Source of the DNA: Kiritimatiellia bacterium
GTDB taxonomy: Bacteria; Verrucomicrobiota; Kiritimatiellia; RFP12; UBA1067
Direction: 5' to 3'
Length of the DNA: 64,000 nt
Assembly (NCBI GenBank): GCA_045537795.1
Contig: JAZSQE010000065.1
Location: forward strand, 101,418-165,417
Below the pieces are notes generated by a model, which did not search any database, was not told the origin of the DNA, and was given only the letters and a program-made list of their open reading frames with translations. This document shows positions 1 to 9,196 of this stretch, one piece after another. Both the position numbers and the translations under genes were made by a program. Position 1 is the stretch's first letter. Every line of letters begins with the position of its first letter.

Positions 1-1
1 C

Positions 2-511
2 TTTCTCGGAACTTCGATCCTTCTCGACGCGCTTTCCGAAAACGGACTTGCGAATCTCGCGTATACGGTTCTTCTGAACCGCGGTTTTCCCGGCTGGCTT
101 TATTCGGTGGAGCAGGGCGCGACGACGATCTGGGAGAGATGGAACAGTTACACGAAAGAGCGCGGATTCGGCCCCGTCGGCATGAACAGTTTCAACCATT
201 ACGCCTACGGTTCGGCCGTCGGATGGCTCTACAGGACGGCGGCCGGAATCGCGTCCGATCCGGCGGAGCCCGGTTTCGCCTGCATCGTCATGCGTCCGAA
301 AATCGACCCGAGACTGGGTTTCGTGAAAGCTTCGTACAGGACGCGTTTCGGCACGGTCCGAAGCGAATGGGCGTACGAGGGCGGCAGATGGTCGTGGACG
401 TTCACCGTTCCCGAGGGCGCCCGTGCGCGCGTGAGCGTTCCGGGAGGAACGGAGGAAAAGATCTGCACGGCGGGAACGTACCGCGTGGTTGAAGGAGAGA
501 AACTGAAATGA
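2..511 (+). CDS. alpha-L-rhamnosidase (GH78 family), C-terminal part; 5' end outside window
   Basis: The frame is open from the window edge (FLGTSILLDALSENGLANLAYTVLLNRGFPGWLYSVEQGATTIWERWNSY...). The NSFNHYAYGSAVGWLY and GFxxIxxxP motifs are typical of the GH78 C-terminal region. The GTG at 107 in the ORF track is internal. Confidence 0.75.
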   Translation, partial: FLGTSILLDALSENGLANLAYTVLLNRGFPGWLYSVEQGATTIWERWNSYTKERGFGPVGMNSFNHYAYGSAVGWLYRTAAGIASDPAEPGFACIVMRPKIDPRLGFVKASYRTRFGTVRSEWAYEGGRWSWTFTVPEGARARVSVPGGTEEKICTAGTYRVVEGEKLK

Positions 512-1008
512 AAACTGCATTTTTAGCGCTCGCGTTTACGGCGTGCGCGTTTTCATGCGCCGCCGATTGCGTGTCATGCGAAGTTCCGGGAGCGCAGTTC
601 GAAGGAGGCAAAAACGTCAAAATGCTACGCGAGCGTTTCGATGGCTGGCGCTACGTTCGCGCAGCGGAATCGGATTCGTTCGCCGTGTGCGCCGTAACGG
701 AGAGGGTCTGCGGGAAGCGCCTCGTTTTCGCGACCGTGCGTATAGGGGCGAAAAAGCCTCTCGATCCCGCCGCCGCCGAAATAGCGCTTCTTTCCGCGAA
801 GGGCGCCGACGGCAAACGCGCAACGATCGCTTCATGGCCCGTCGAAGGATCGAAAGGCGACGAGTCGTGGCAGGTCGTCTCGCTCGGAGAACTCGATCTC
901 AAACCGGGAATGCTTCTGACGCTCAAGCCGGTTTCGGCTTTTTACGGCGATTTGAGGCGCGTCACGTTCATGCGGAAGGCGTTTTTCGAAGGCGGGGTGG
1001 CGAAATGA
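508..1008 (+). CDS. hypothetical secreted protein (N-terminal signal peptide)
   Basis: The start is MKTAFLALAFTACAFSCAA, a signal-peptide-like sequence. ATGA start/stop overlaps with both neighbours (508-511 and 1005-1008) suggest translational coupling. I recognise no family. Confidence 0.55.
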   Translation: MKTAFLALAFTACAFSCAADCVSCEVPGAQFEGGKNVKMLRERFDGWRYVRAAESDSFAVCAVTERVCGKRLVFATVRIGAKKPLDPAAAEIALLSAKGADGKRATIASWPVEGSKGDESWQVVSLGELDLKPGMLLTLKPVSAFYGDLRRVTFMRKAFFEGGVAK

Positions 1009-3344
1009 AAAAAAGTCTCCCGCTTGCGGTTCTTCTCTCGCTCGCCGCGTCCGCATCGGCGCAGGATGCGTTTGTTTTCGCGACCAACGGCTGTGCGCGT
1101 GCCGTCATCGTCGCCCCGGCCGACGGCGACGGGGGGCTCAGGTACGCCGCGAACATGCTGTCGAAATTTCTTTCGGAAATGACCGGGACTGGATTCGCCG
1201 TGAGCGAAACGCCTGTCGAAGGATACAATAGCGTCATCGTCGGAGGCGCGTATGCGGCGAAAGCGAAGGAAGAGATATTCCTGCGCGTCGCGGACGCTCG
1301 GACGCTCGAGGTGACGGGAGACGGCGCGATAGGGACGCTGTACGCCGTTTACGATCTTCTCGAAACGCTCGGCTGCGAATTCGTGGCGCATGATTTCGAT
1401 TACGTCCCGCGCAAGAGTTCGCTTTCGCTTCCTGCGGGATATGTCAAAAAGGACGCTCCGTTCATGCATGAGATGCGTGAAGCGTGGCAGTGGGCGACCT
1501 GGCGCGGGCCTTTCGAATTCGCGACGAAACTGCGTCTCGACACGGCCATATACGCGCGCGGCGGAAAACTTGTCCGCGGCGCCGTCGCCGGGCTCGTCTC
1601 GAAAAAGACGCATAGATTCAATCATGCCATATATCCCGGCGGACCGCTCCTCGACGCGAGAAAATATTTCAAGGAACATCCCGAATGGTATGCCGTGAAC
1701 CGCATTACCGGCAAGCGCAACCATCAGTGGGTGTGCGTTTCCAACGAGGAGATGTTCAAGACCGTCATCGCCGAGATCGACGCGCTGCTGCGGAAGGATC
1801 CGACGGCGTCGGAATTCTCGATCGCCGAGGGCGACTGCGCCATCAAATGTGAATGCGACGGATGCCGCGAACTTGAAAAGCGCTACCCGGATCCCGACGG
1901 CGCGCTCGTCGCCGATTCGCAGGTCGTTTATTTCGCCAACCGCATCGCTCGGCATTTCGCCCCGAAATATCCGCACGTGCGCTTCAACATTCTGCCGTAC
2001 GGAAACCGCGCGCCGCTCAACCCGGAGCTGCGCTATGCCGACAACCTCGGCGGGTGCGTGGCGGAACTGTGGCGCAACCACGGGCTTCCGGCGGACTGCA
2101 ACGAGCGCTCGATCACGTGTCTTCAGCGAGTGGCGAAGCAATCGACGAAATGTCCGCCGTACATCTGGGAATATCTGGCGAATTTCAACGATTTCCTCAG
2201 CCCCTTCCCCAACGCGTACATTTTCGCGCAGAACGTCAGGTATTACAAGAGCCTCGGCGTGCGCGGTGTGAGCTGTCAGCACCAGTTCCCCTACGTGGGC
2301 GACGTTTCCGAACTTAAGCTCTGGCTTTACGCGAAACTGCTGTGGAATCCCGATGCGGATCTCCGCGGCCTCGTGCGGCGCTATACCGATGCCGCTTACG
2401 GCGCGGGAGCGCGCCATATAACGGAATATCTCGATCTCATGGAGAACGCCAGGCTCAGGCAGCGCTTCACGTGGTACGGCTGCTACCAGCGCGACACTTC
2501 CCAGTATCTTACCGGCGTCGACTGCGTGAAGATCATGAAAACCTTCGACAACGCCGTCGCGGCGACCGCGAACGATCCGCCGCGCAACACGCTCGTGCGC
2601 CGCGCTCGCATAGCCGCGCTCCTGATGAGGATATGGCGTTATAACGACATGATCGCTCCGGCGAAAAAGCTCAAGTACCGCCTGCCGCCGTTCGAAGCGT
2701 GTTACCGCGAATTCTACGCCGCGCTCAACGACACGTCGAACGGTTGCGGGAAGGGGCATTATCTGGCGGAGAGTCCCGTCAGCATCCCCAAGTGCTACGC
2801 GATGATGGCCACCAACGTCCCGAACGCGTCCGTGCTGAAACCCGCGTGCGGCCCGGTGCGCGTCGTGCGTGCGGACGAATTGACGGGAGGCAGGAAGATG
2901 ACGAAGCGGACCGATCCCGACGGAACCCGTTTCGTGCGTTTTTCCGTTTCGCTTTCGAAAGGCGAGGAAGAACCGGTTTTCATGAACACGAAATACGCCG
3001 AAATCGGATATACCGTCAAGAAGGAGGAAGTCGGCGAATGGTACGTGTTCGTCACGCTGAGGGTCGGGACTACCGTTCCGGTCGATCTTGCCGGCGCGTA
3101 CGTTGGAATCTACCAGAAATGGTGGCCCAACGGCGTGAAGGTCGACGGCGACAGGAAGATGGAGGTCGTCGACCGCCCGCTCGTGACGCGGCGCAGTGAA
3201 AACGGCAAGTGGCGCACCGTGTGCATCGGGAAACGGAGGCTTTACGAAGATTCGCGCATTTGGGTGATGCCGGGGGTCTTGAACGAGACGACCGGAGTCG
3301 ACGTGAAGTCGATAACCCTCGTCGAACCGGACGTGTTCGAATAG
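1005..3344 (+). CDS. DUF4838-like secreted glycan-active protein
   Basis: The real start is MKKSLPLAVLLSLAASASAQ (signal peptide) at 1005; the Arg-rich upstream extension of ORF 543 is spurious. The N-terminal GH20b/GH67N-like segment (GTLYAVYDLLETLGCEF) and the CECDGC cysteine cluster resemble DUF4838 proteins of glycan degraders. Confidence 0.6.
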   Translation: MKKSLPLAVLLSLAASASAQDAFVFATNGCARAVIVAPADGDGGLRYAANMLSKFLSEMTGTGFAVSETPVEGYNSVIVGGAYAAKAKEEIFLRVADARTLEVTGDGAIGTLYAVYDLLETLGCEFVAHDFDYVPRKSSLSLPAGYVKKDAPFMHEMREAWQWATWRGPFEFATKLRLDTAIYARGGKLVRGAVAGLVSKKTHRFNHAIYPGGPLLDARKYFKEHPEWYAVNRITGKRNHQWVCVSNEEMFKTVIAEIDALLRKDPTASEFSIAEGDCAIKCECDGCRELEKRYPDPDGALVADSQVVYFANRIARHFAPKYPHVRFNILPYGNRAPLNPELRYADNLGGCVAELWRNHGLPADCNERSITCLQRVAKQSTKCPPYIWEYLANFNDFLSPFPNAYIFAQNVRYYKSLGVRGVSCQHQFPYVGDVSELKLWLYAKLLWNPDADLRGLVRRYTDAAYGAGARHITEYLDLMENARLRQRFTWYGCYQRDTSQYLTGVDCVKIMKTFDNAVAATANDPPRNTLVRRARIAALLMRIWRYNDMIAPAKKLKYRLPPFEACYREFYAALNDTSNGCGKGHYLAESPVSIPKCYAMMATNVPNASVLKPACGPVRVVRADELTGGRKMTKRTDPDGTRFVRFSVSLSKGEEEPVFMNTKYAEIGYTVKKEEVGEWYVFVTLRVGTTVPVDLAGAYVGIYQKWWPNGVKVDGDRKMEVVDRPLVTRRSENGKWRTVCIGKRRLYEDSRIWVMPGVLNETTGVDVKSITLVEPDVFE

Positions 3345-3376
3345 CGGCCGGTTTCGTGTCGACCCGTATTGCAACG

Positions 3377-3925
3377 ATGGAATCCGTGTTTGCGGCGATG
3401 GCGAGCCGCCCGGACAGGCTCCTGTATCTCGACGAAAAAGGCGCCCCGCCGGAGATGATGGCCGAATTGGCGAAAAGATACGGCGTGGAGAAGCAGATTT
3501 ATTACACTTCGCCGAATTACCGGTTGATGTCGCGCTGGCAGAAGGTCGTTCCCGGCGGTCTCGGCATGGTGTGGCTCGGCACCTGGCCCAAAGACAATTC
3601 GCCCGCGTCGGTCGATAAAGCCGATAAGTTCCTCGTCGAAAGTCTGCGGAAAATGGCGGCAGACGGATGGAAAGGCGTCAGTCAGGTCCAGATCCACATC
3701 CGCACGGACCTTTCCAGACCAGACCCGTTTTGCCCGTCGAGCGATTGCATGCGCAAAGCCGTTAAACTTCTGCATTCGCGGGGTATAACCGTGCAGGCGT
3801 TCACCTGGACGGAAGGTGCCAACAAGGCGGTGCTTAAACGTATCTGGGAACTCGGATTCGACAATTTCGCGACCGACGATCCGCTCGTTCTTTTTGAATT
3901 TCTGGATGAGTTGAAGGCGAAATGA
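3377..3925 (+). CDS. GDPD-fold (glycerophosphodiester phosphodiesterase-like) protein lacking the N-terminal catalytic segment
   Basis: The C-terminus (VQAFTWTEGANKAVLKRIWELGFDNFATDDP) resembles the GDPD TIM-barrel end (WTVN...GVDGIxTD). There is no HRG/ExD catalytic N-terminus. ATG 3377 is the first start after the preceding stop. Confidence 0.4.
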   Translation: MESVFAAMASRPDRLLYLDEKGAPPEMMAELAKRYGVEKQIYYTSPNYRLMSRWQKVVPGGLGMVWLGTWPKDNSPASVDKADKFLVESLRKMAADGWKGVSQVQIHIRTDLSRPDPFCPSSDCMRKAVKLLHSRGITVQAFTWTEGANKAVLKRIWELGFDNFATDDPLVLFEFLDELKAK

Positions 3926-4043
3926 TTTTCTCGTCCCGGACAGCCCGATGGCGTCTGCGCAGGATAAGCCGTAATGAGTCGCCGTATCGATCATGCGGTG
4001 TCGGCAAGCTCTGGCATTTTTCCCTGTTGCGCCGGGCGGACTG

Positions 4044-4073
4044 TTGCGGGAATCGGATGTATTTTGATATAAT
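4044..4073 (+). promoter_or_regulatory. sigma70-like promoter with extended -10 upstream of gspF operon
   Basis: TTGCGG (4044-4049), an 18 nt spacer, then TATAAT (4068-4073) preceded by TTTTGA, giving TTTGATATAAT. The site lies about 30 nt upstream of ATG 4104. Confidence 0.5.
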
Positions 4074-4103
4074 GCGTTTAAACCTATACGAGGCATTATA
4101 GAC

Positions 4104-5429
4104 ATGGCGACTTTTCAATATATCGCGAAAGATTCAGCAGGCAACGAAAAACGCGGCACGGTGGAAGCCGGCGATCGCAGTTCGGCGATCGCCGCCGTCC
4201 GTGCGCAGGGGCTTCTGCCGACGGCGCTCGGCGAAGTGAAGGGCGCTCCACAATCCGCCCAGCGTCAGGCCGCAGCTCCGAAGCGAGGCAGACCTGCCCC
4301 GCCGCCGAAGAAAAAAGGCGGTGCGCTCAACAAAGAGATCAAGATCGACATCAAACTGCCCAAATGGTTGCAGGGCAAGGTCAAGACGAAGGATCTCACG
4401 CAGTTCACGCGCCAGCTGGCGACGCTCGTCAATGCGGGGCTCCCGCTCATGCGCGGTCTCGAGGTCTTGAAGCGACAGATGAAAAACCCGCAGCTGCACG
4501 ATGCTCTTTCGGGAATCTCCGAAAACATCGCGGCCGGCGGCACGTTCTCCGAGTCGCTCACGCAATACCCCAAGATTTTCGACAACCTCTACGTCAACAT
4601 GGTGAAAGCCGGCGAAGCGGGCGGTGTTCTCGAAGTCGTGCTCGGGCGTCTGGCGGAGTTCGCCGAAAAGTCGGAGAAAATCAAGAACAAGGTGAAGGGC
4701 GCGATGATTTATCCGATCGTCGTTCTCCTTGCGGCCGTGGGCATCACCGCGTTCCTGCTCGTCATGGTCATTCCCAAGTTCAAGCAGGTGTTCAACGACA
4801 TGCTCGGCGGCGCCGCGCTGCCGGCGATCACCGAGGCCGTTATCCAAGCTTCGGAATTCGTCCAGCACAACGGTCTGCAGGTCTTTCTGGGGATCGTCTC
4901 CATCGTCGTCATTTTCAAGATTGTCGGAAAGACCGAGAAGGGGGCCTACATGTTCGACGCGCTCGCGCTCAAGATGCCGGTCACGGGCACGCTCGCCCAG
5001 CGCTCGGCGGTCTCGCGCCTCACGCGCACGCTCGGCACGCTGCTTTCTTCGGGCGTACCTATTCTGCAGTCGCTCGTGATCGTGCGCGACACGACGGGCA
5101 ACCGCGTCGTCTCGAACGCCATCCAGCAGGTTCACGACTCCGTGAAAGAGGGCGAGTCCATGACGCAGCCGCTTTCGCAGTGCCCCGTCTTCCCGCCGAT
5201 GGTCGTTTCGATGGTCGAGGTCGGCGAAGAGACGGGCGCGCTCGCCGACATGCTCACGCGCATCGCCAACACGTATGACGATGAAGTCGATAACGCGGTC
5301 GCCGGCATGACGGCCGCGATCGAGCCCGCGCTCATCATCGTTCTCGCCGTCGTCGTAGGCACTATCGTCATCGCGATGTTCCTGCCCATGATCAAGATCA
5401 TCAGCTCTGTTTCGGGAGCGGGAGCGTAA
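4104..5429 (+). CDS. gspF: type II secretion / type IV pilus inner-membrane platform protein (GspF/PilC family)
   Basis: The start MATFQYIAKDSAGNEKRGTVEA...AIAAVRAQGLLP is a classic GspF N-terminus. It has two repeated cytoplasmic-domain-plus-TM modules (LATLVNAGLPL..., LGTLLSSGVPIL...). A Pro/Lys-rich insert (PKRGRPAPPPKKKGG) follows the first 50 aa. Confidence 0.85.
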   Translation: MATFQYIAKDSAGNEKRGTVEAGDRSSAIAAVRAQGLLPTALGEVKGAPQSAQRQAAAPKRGRPAPPPKKKGGALNKEIKIDIKLPKWLQGKVKTKDLTQFTRQLATLVNAGLPLMRGLEVLKRQMKNPQLHDALSGISENIAAGGTFSESLTQYPKIFDNLYVNMVKAGEAGGVLEVVLGRLAEFAEKSEKIKNKVKGAMIYPIVVLLAAVGITAFLLVMVIPKFKQVFNDMLGGAALPAITEAVIQASEFVQHNGLQVFLGIVSIVVIFKIVGKTEKGAYMFDALALKMPVTGTLAQRSAVSRLTRTLGTLLSSGVPILQSLVIVRDTTGNRVVSNAIQQVHDSVKEGESMTQPLSQCPVFPPMVVSMVEVGEETGALADMLTRIANTYDDEVDNAVAGMTAAIEPALIIVLAVVVGTIVIAMFLPMIKIISSVSGAGA

Positions 5430-5432
5430 AAC

Positions 5433-6575
5433 TTGAGAAAAGCATTCACACTCGTCGAACTTCTGATCGTCGTCCTGGTGTTCGTCACTTTGATGACGAT
5501 CGTGTTCAGACTCGGGTCGTCAGTGTCGGATTCCGAACGGCGCAGCCGCACGATCATGGCTCTGCAGAAGATAGAAAACTGTCTTTCGGGATATTATGCC
5601 GCATTCGGGAGCTATCCGCCCGTCAAACTGCACGGCAGCCGCAATTTCTATCTCAAGGTGAACGAGTACGGCATACAGCAGGTGAACGAAGATCCCGAAG
5701 AAGGCAAGCTCGTCTGGCGACGCGTCGATGCCGCCTGCCGAAGCCAGCCGGTCGCGATGAATTATCCGTATTCTTCGGGGCTGAAGGAGTACGTTAAGAC
5801 CGTTTCGGAAGGGTTGAAGTTCCTGCACAATGAATTTCCGGACAGTCGCGTGGGGAAAAATCCCGCTCTTGCCCTCGGCTTTGACGCGCTTGAGAACGTC
5901 AACCAGCTTTCGTCCAAAAGAAACGACGCGAGCTGGAGCCAAACGCAGCTTTTCCGCTTCGGGCTTATGAGCTTTCTCCTGCCGCGTTATCTCGTCATGA
6001 TGGAGCATCAGGACAGGCAGATATACGATCAATTCTCGCAATGGAGCAACAACAACGAACTGCCGTGCAGATTTGAAGACGGCATCCAGTACGAAACATG
6101 GTCGGATATGGCCAACGATCTCGCCGTGAAGGACGAACGGTGGAAGATCCAGCTTATTCCTTCGCAGGCCGTCACGGCCCGGTGGATGCCGAATCTTGAA
6201 GGTCTGCTGACGTGCGACTCGCCGAAAGTGGTTTTCTTCGGAATCAACGTGACGGGGACCGGAAGCGCGAATCTCGCGGTTACCGAGAATGCGCAACCGG
6301 TTCTTTATTCTTCCGCAGACAGTCAGCGCGGGGAAAACTCCGGCCTTTCGCAGCAGTATGCGCTTGACGGCATCACGTGCAAAGACGGCTGGCACAACGA
6401 GCTTTACTATTATTCGCGCCCGCCGTATCAAAGTTACAGGCTTTGGAGCGCGGGGCCGGACGGCAAGACCTTTCCGCCGTGGGCGACGCAGGATGAAATC
6501 GCCAAAATGAGTTCCGCCGATCAGAAGATGGTCTCCAACTGGACGGTGGACGATATAGTTCAAATGTCCAACTGA
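5433..6575 (+). CDS. large pseudopilin-like protein with prepilin-type N-terminal cleavage/methylation motif (380 aa)
   Basis: It has a TTG start. The leader MRKA|FTLVELLIVV has Glu at +5 and Ala at -1. The C-terminus carries a GspG-type loop (SAGPDGKTF...TVDDIVQM). It begins 3 nt after the gspF stop. Confidence 0.75.
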   Translation: MRKAFTLVELLIVVLVFVTLMTIVFRLGSSVSDSERRSRTIMALQKIENCLSGYYAAFGSYPPVKLHGSRNFYLKVNEYGIQQVNEDPEEGKLVWRRVDAACRSQPVAMNYPYSSGLKEYVKTVSEGLKFLHNEFPDSRVGKNPALALGFDALENVNQLSSKRNDASWSQTQLFRFGLMSFLLPRYLVMMEHQDRQIYDQFSQWSNNNELPCRFEDGIQYETWSDMANDLAVKDERWKIQLIPSQAVTARWMPNLEGLLTCDSPKVVFFGINVTGTGSANLAVTENAQPVLYSSADSQRGENSGLSQQYALDGITCKDGWHNELYYYSRPPYQSYRLWSAGPDGKTFPPWATQDEIAKMSSADQKMVSNWTVDDIVQMSN

Positions 6576-6584
6576 GGGATTCAA

Positions 6585-7208
6585 ATGAAAAGCGCAAGAG
6601 GTTTCACGCTCATAGAGATGCTCGTCGTCATCGGGATAATCGCCGTTCTCGCCGGCGCGGGGCTCGGCGCATTCAAGGGCGCTGTCGCGAGTGCGCAGAA
6701 GGCGCGGGCTACCGAGCTTGTTTCGAACGTCATGACGGCGCTCGTCTCCGTGATGCAGAAGGACGAAGCCTGGCCCAAAGCGATTATCGCGGAGGGGGCG
6801 GGCGGCGGCGAGATGACGCCTGAAGTCGGAGCTTCTCTCGCCAGACGCGGAGCGCTCAGTCTTACCTACAAAAAGACGGAAGACGAATCTACTGGCGAGA
6901 CGGTGTATCGTCTGACGGGTCTGGATCAGTGCGGAGTCGTCTCTCCATGGGCCATGGACGTTATCAGGCGCAAGGCGGTCAACGGGAACGTTTCCCTTTC
7001 GGAGAAGGTCCCCACCGGCGGCACGATACGCGATCACAGGCTTCGCTTCGCGATCGATGACGATCTCGACGGGATCGTCAAGGTCAATTACGAGAATTCG
7101 AAATCGGTCGAGATTCGGGCGTCCGCCGCGGTATGGTGCTGCGGAAGAGACGGCAAGTTCGGCACGAAGGACGATGTGAAAAGCTGGTCGAAAGGGCAGG
7201 AGCGGTGA
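6585..7208 (+). CDS. GspG-like pseudopilin (207 aa)
   Basis: The leader MKSARG|FTLIEMLVVIGIIAVLAG is canonical (G-1, F+1, E+5). The C-terminal GRDGKFGTKDDVKSW is a GspG-type loop. Confidence 0.8.
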   Translation: MKSARGFTLIEMLVVIGIIAVLAGAGLGAFKGAVASAQKARATELVSNVMTALVSVMQKDEAWPKAIIAEGAGGGEMTPEVGASLARRGALSLTYKKTEDESTGETVYRLTGLDQCGVVSPWAMDVIRRKAVNGNVSLSEKVPTGGTIRDHRLRFAIDDDLDGIVKVNYENSKSVEIRASAAVWCCGRDGKFGTKDDVKSWSKGQER

Positions 7209-7801
7209 AAAAAGGTTTTACGATAGTCGAGTTGATGGCGGTCTGCGCGATACTCGCCGTTCTCGTTTCGATAGTCGTCGTGGCGGCGAGCGGAGCGATA
7301 AAAAACTCAAGAGACAAGCGCGCTACGGCGATGGCGAGCGCTCTTCAGCAGGGGATAAACGCCTACTACGCGCAGGAGGGCAGGTGGCCGCAGGCGATGG
7401 AGTCTAAAATCGGGTCTATCGACGATGATTCGTACACGTTCACCCAGCACGAGACGGACGAGATATTCAGAGAGGTCGTCGGCAAGGGCTTCGGCAAAGG
7501 CAGCGGTTCGCGCTCCGCGCTCGTCGACGCGTCGGCGCTTTTCGTCGCCAACGCCTCCGAACTGAAAAATAACGGCAAGGGCTGCAATGACAATCATTCC
7601 GACCGTACAGAGTCTGATTATTGCGGCAATCAAAACTGCGCCAGAGGTGTCGATTTCATCGAAGCCGTGAAGCGCGGCGGAAAGCACAAAATCCCGTTCG
7701 CGCAGATGGCGTTCGGCTATCAGGGCAGAGTCAACGGCAGATTCCGCCGCTTTTGGATAAAATACAACCCGAAGACAGATTCGGTGAGCGTAAGCAAATG
7801 A
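7205..7801 (+). CDS. pseudopilin-like protein (198 aa)
   Basis: GTG 7205 overlaps the previous stop (GTGA). The leader is VKKG|FTIVELMAVCAILAVL. The upstream part of ORF 7133 overlaps the preceding gene and is rejected. Confidence 0.75.
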   Translation: MKKGFTIVELMAVCAILAVLVSIVVVAASGAIKNSRDKRATAMASALQQGINAYYAQEGRWPQAMESKIGSIDDDSYTFTQHETDEIFREVVGKGFGKGSGSRSALVDASALFVANASELKNNGKGCNDNHSDRTESDYCGNQNCARGVDFIEAVKRGGKHKIPFAQMAFGYQGRVNGRFRRFWIKYNPKTDSVSVSK

Positions 7802-7808
7802 ATTTCGC

Positions 7809-8618
7809 ATGATGAAAAAAGCGTTCACGTTGATAGAGCTTCTGATGGTCGTGGCAATCATGGCCTTTCTCGGCGTCGCTTCCGCAGGCGGCTATGCGGC
7901 GCTTACGCGCGGCATAAAGGAACGCGGCGCAGTGGCGGCCGCGTCGGCGTTTCTGCGCGCGGCCAAAGAACGCGCTCTTATAGACCGGGTGCCGACGGCG
8001 GTGTTCTGCTACAACAAACTCCTCAAAGACTCCTCCGGGTCGGATGATTCGCATCAGGTGGTGGTAGGCGAAATGGTCGCCGTGCGCCGGCAGGGGCGGA
8101 TATCGAGCATACAGGGCGATTTCCTCTTTGACGAGTTCGCCGATCTCAATCTTACGTACGATGTCGCCGAAGACGAGTCGGAGCTTCGCGACGGCTCGAG
8201 TCTGCGGCTTTACAAATTCGCCGGCGGCAATATGAGCGACATGCGCTATTCTGTCGTCGCTTCGACCGTATGGATGGAAACGGGGCGCACGTTGGATTTC
8301 TTTTCGCGCCCCAGCGAAATTCTGCCCATGTGCGCTTTTTACAACCAGGGCAAGAGCGAGCGTGAAGCGACATGGTCGGTAGGCAGCGCGTACGCGCTGG
8401 AGTTCGGCGAACTGCAGTTGCCGCACGGTTTCGTTTTCAGCGGGCAGATACCTTCGCGCGTCGGAGAGATTTCGGGCTTGAAGGTGCTTTGTTTCGACCC
8501 CGAGAACGAATCGGATAAAACGGTCGAAATGATATCGACCAGACCAGATTCCGGCGGCAGGGCCGTGAAGTTCCGCGACATCGGCAAGGCGACTTCGGAC
8601 GAAAAGGAGGGCGTATGA
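7809..8618 (+). CDS. GspH/FimT-like minor pseudopilin (269 aa)
   Basis: The leader is MMKKA|FTLIELLMVVAIMAFL. It is followed by AAASAFLRAAKERALIDRVPTAVF, resembling the GspH/FimT helix-to-strand transition. Confidence 0.65.
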   Translation: MMKKAFTLIELLMVVAIMAFLGVASAGGYAALTRGIKERGAVAAASAFLRAAKERALIDRVPTAVFCYNKLLKDSSGSDDSHQVVVGEMVAVRRQGRISSIQGDFLFDEFADLNLTYDVAEDESELRDGSSLRLYKFAGGNMSDMRYSVVASTVWMETGRTLDFFSRPSEILPMCAFYNQGKSEREATWSVGSAYALEFGELQLPHGFVFSGQIPSRVGEISGLKVLCFDPENESDKTVEMISTRPDSGGRAVKFRDIGKATSDEKEGV

Positions 8619-9196
8619 GAAAAGGTTTTACGCTCGTCGAAGTCAATCTCGCGATCTTCATCATGGCCGTCGGCGTCCTTGCGATGTGCGGTCTTAACGC
8701 TCTGGGGTACCGCGAAAACCGCCAAAGCGTCGAGGATGTCGCGTCCGTGGCGTTCGCCGACACGTATCTCGCGCCTCTCGTGCAGGGTCTGTCGGCGCTT
8801 GACATGAAATGGAGCGACTGGTGCGCCATCGGCAATCCGCCCTCGCGCGCGGAGATGCGCTCGCGCGGCGTCGCGGACGGTCTTCTGCCTCGGGAAGGTT
8901 GGATGGCGTATGTCGACAAAGTGAAACTCTCCGGCGAAGACGAATACGGCTGCCGTGTCAGGACCGGCGCTCGCGCTCGCGCCGATTCGGCGTTCGGAGA
9001 CGTGATTTCAAAGGTGCCCGCCGCCTACAGAGGTTCGCGCGCGGCGATACCGGGCGATTACGAATACGCGCTCGTCGTGACGCGGCGCGGCGCCGTCATA
9101 CAGCTCGCGTTCAGATGCGCGAGACGGCGTGATTCTCTCATGTCTCAGCCGACGGTCGTCGCCGAAGTGCACTTTCAGGGAGATCCTAACCAATGA
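8615..9196 (+). CDS. GspI-like minor pseudopilin (193 aa)
   Basis: There is an ATGA overlap with the upstream gene. The leader MRKG|FTLVEVNLAIFIMAVGVLAM follows the GspI-style EV..A pattern. Confidence 0.6.
   Translation: MRKGFTLVEVNLAIFIMAVGVLAMCGLNALGYRENRQSVEDVASVAFADTYLAPLVQGLSALDMKWSDWCAIGNPPSRAEMRSRGVADGLLPREGWMAYVDKVKLSGEDEYGCRVRTGARARADSAFGDVISKVPAAYRGSRAAIPGDYEYALVVTRRGAVIQLAFRCARRRDSLMSQPTVVAEVHFQGDPNQ

Noticed and set aside
543-1004. The upstream, Arg-rich extension of the 933 aa ORF. Analogous 5' extensions occur in ORFs 3209, 7133, 17373, 20758, 25811, 28059, 34671, 50717, 54370 and 59287.
   Set aside because: The extensions overlap the preceding gene, or tRNAs in the case of 20758, and have junk-like composition. 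Each internal start gives a signal peptide, a canonical family N-terminus, an RBS or an ATGA/GTGA coupling.
942-3374. 810 aa minus-strand ORF antisense to the DUF4838 gene. Similar long antisense ORFs occur at 5520-7037, 12499-13971, 17637-19109, 22221-23234, 23231-24562, 29124-31094, 31516-32772, 35701-37239, 38202-39512, 39635-42046, 52991-54550 and 59416-61323.
   Set aside because: These are typical stop-poor shadow frames of a high-GC genome. Their translations are Arg/Ala/Gly/Pro-rich and low in Lys/Asn/Ile, and they contain no recognisable motifs. Each fully overlaps one or more plus-strand genes with strong family signatures; 39635-42046 even spans two genes and an intergenic gap.
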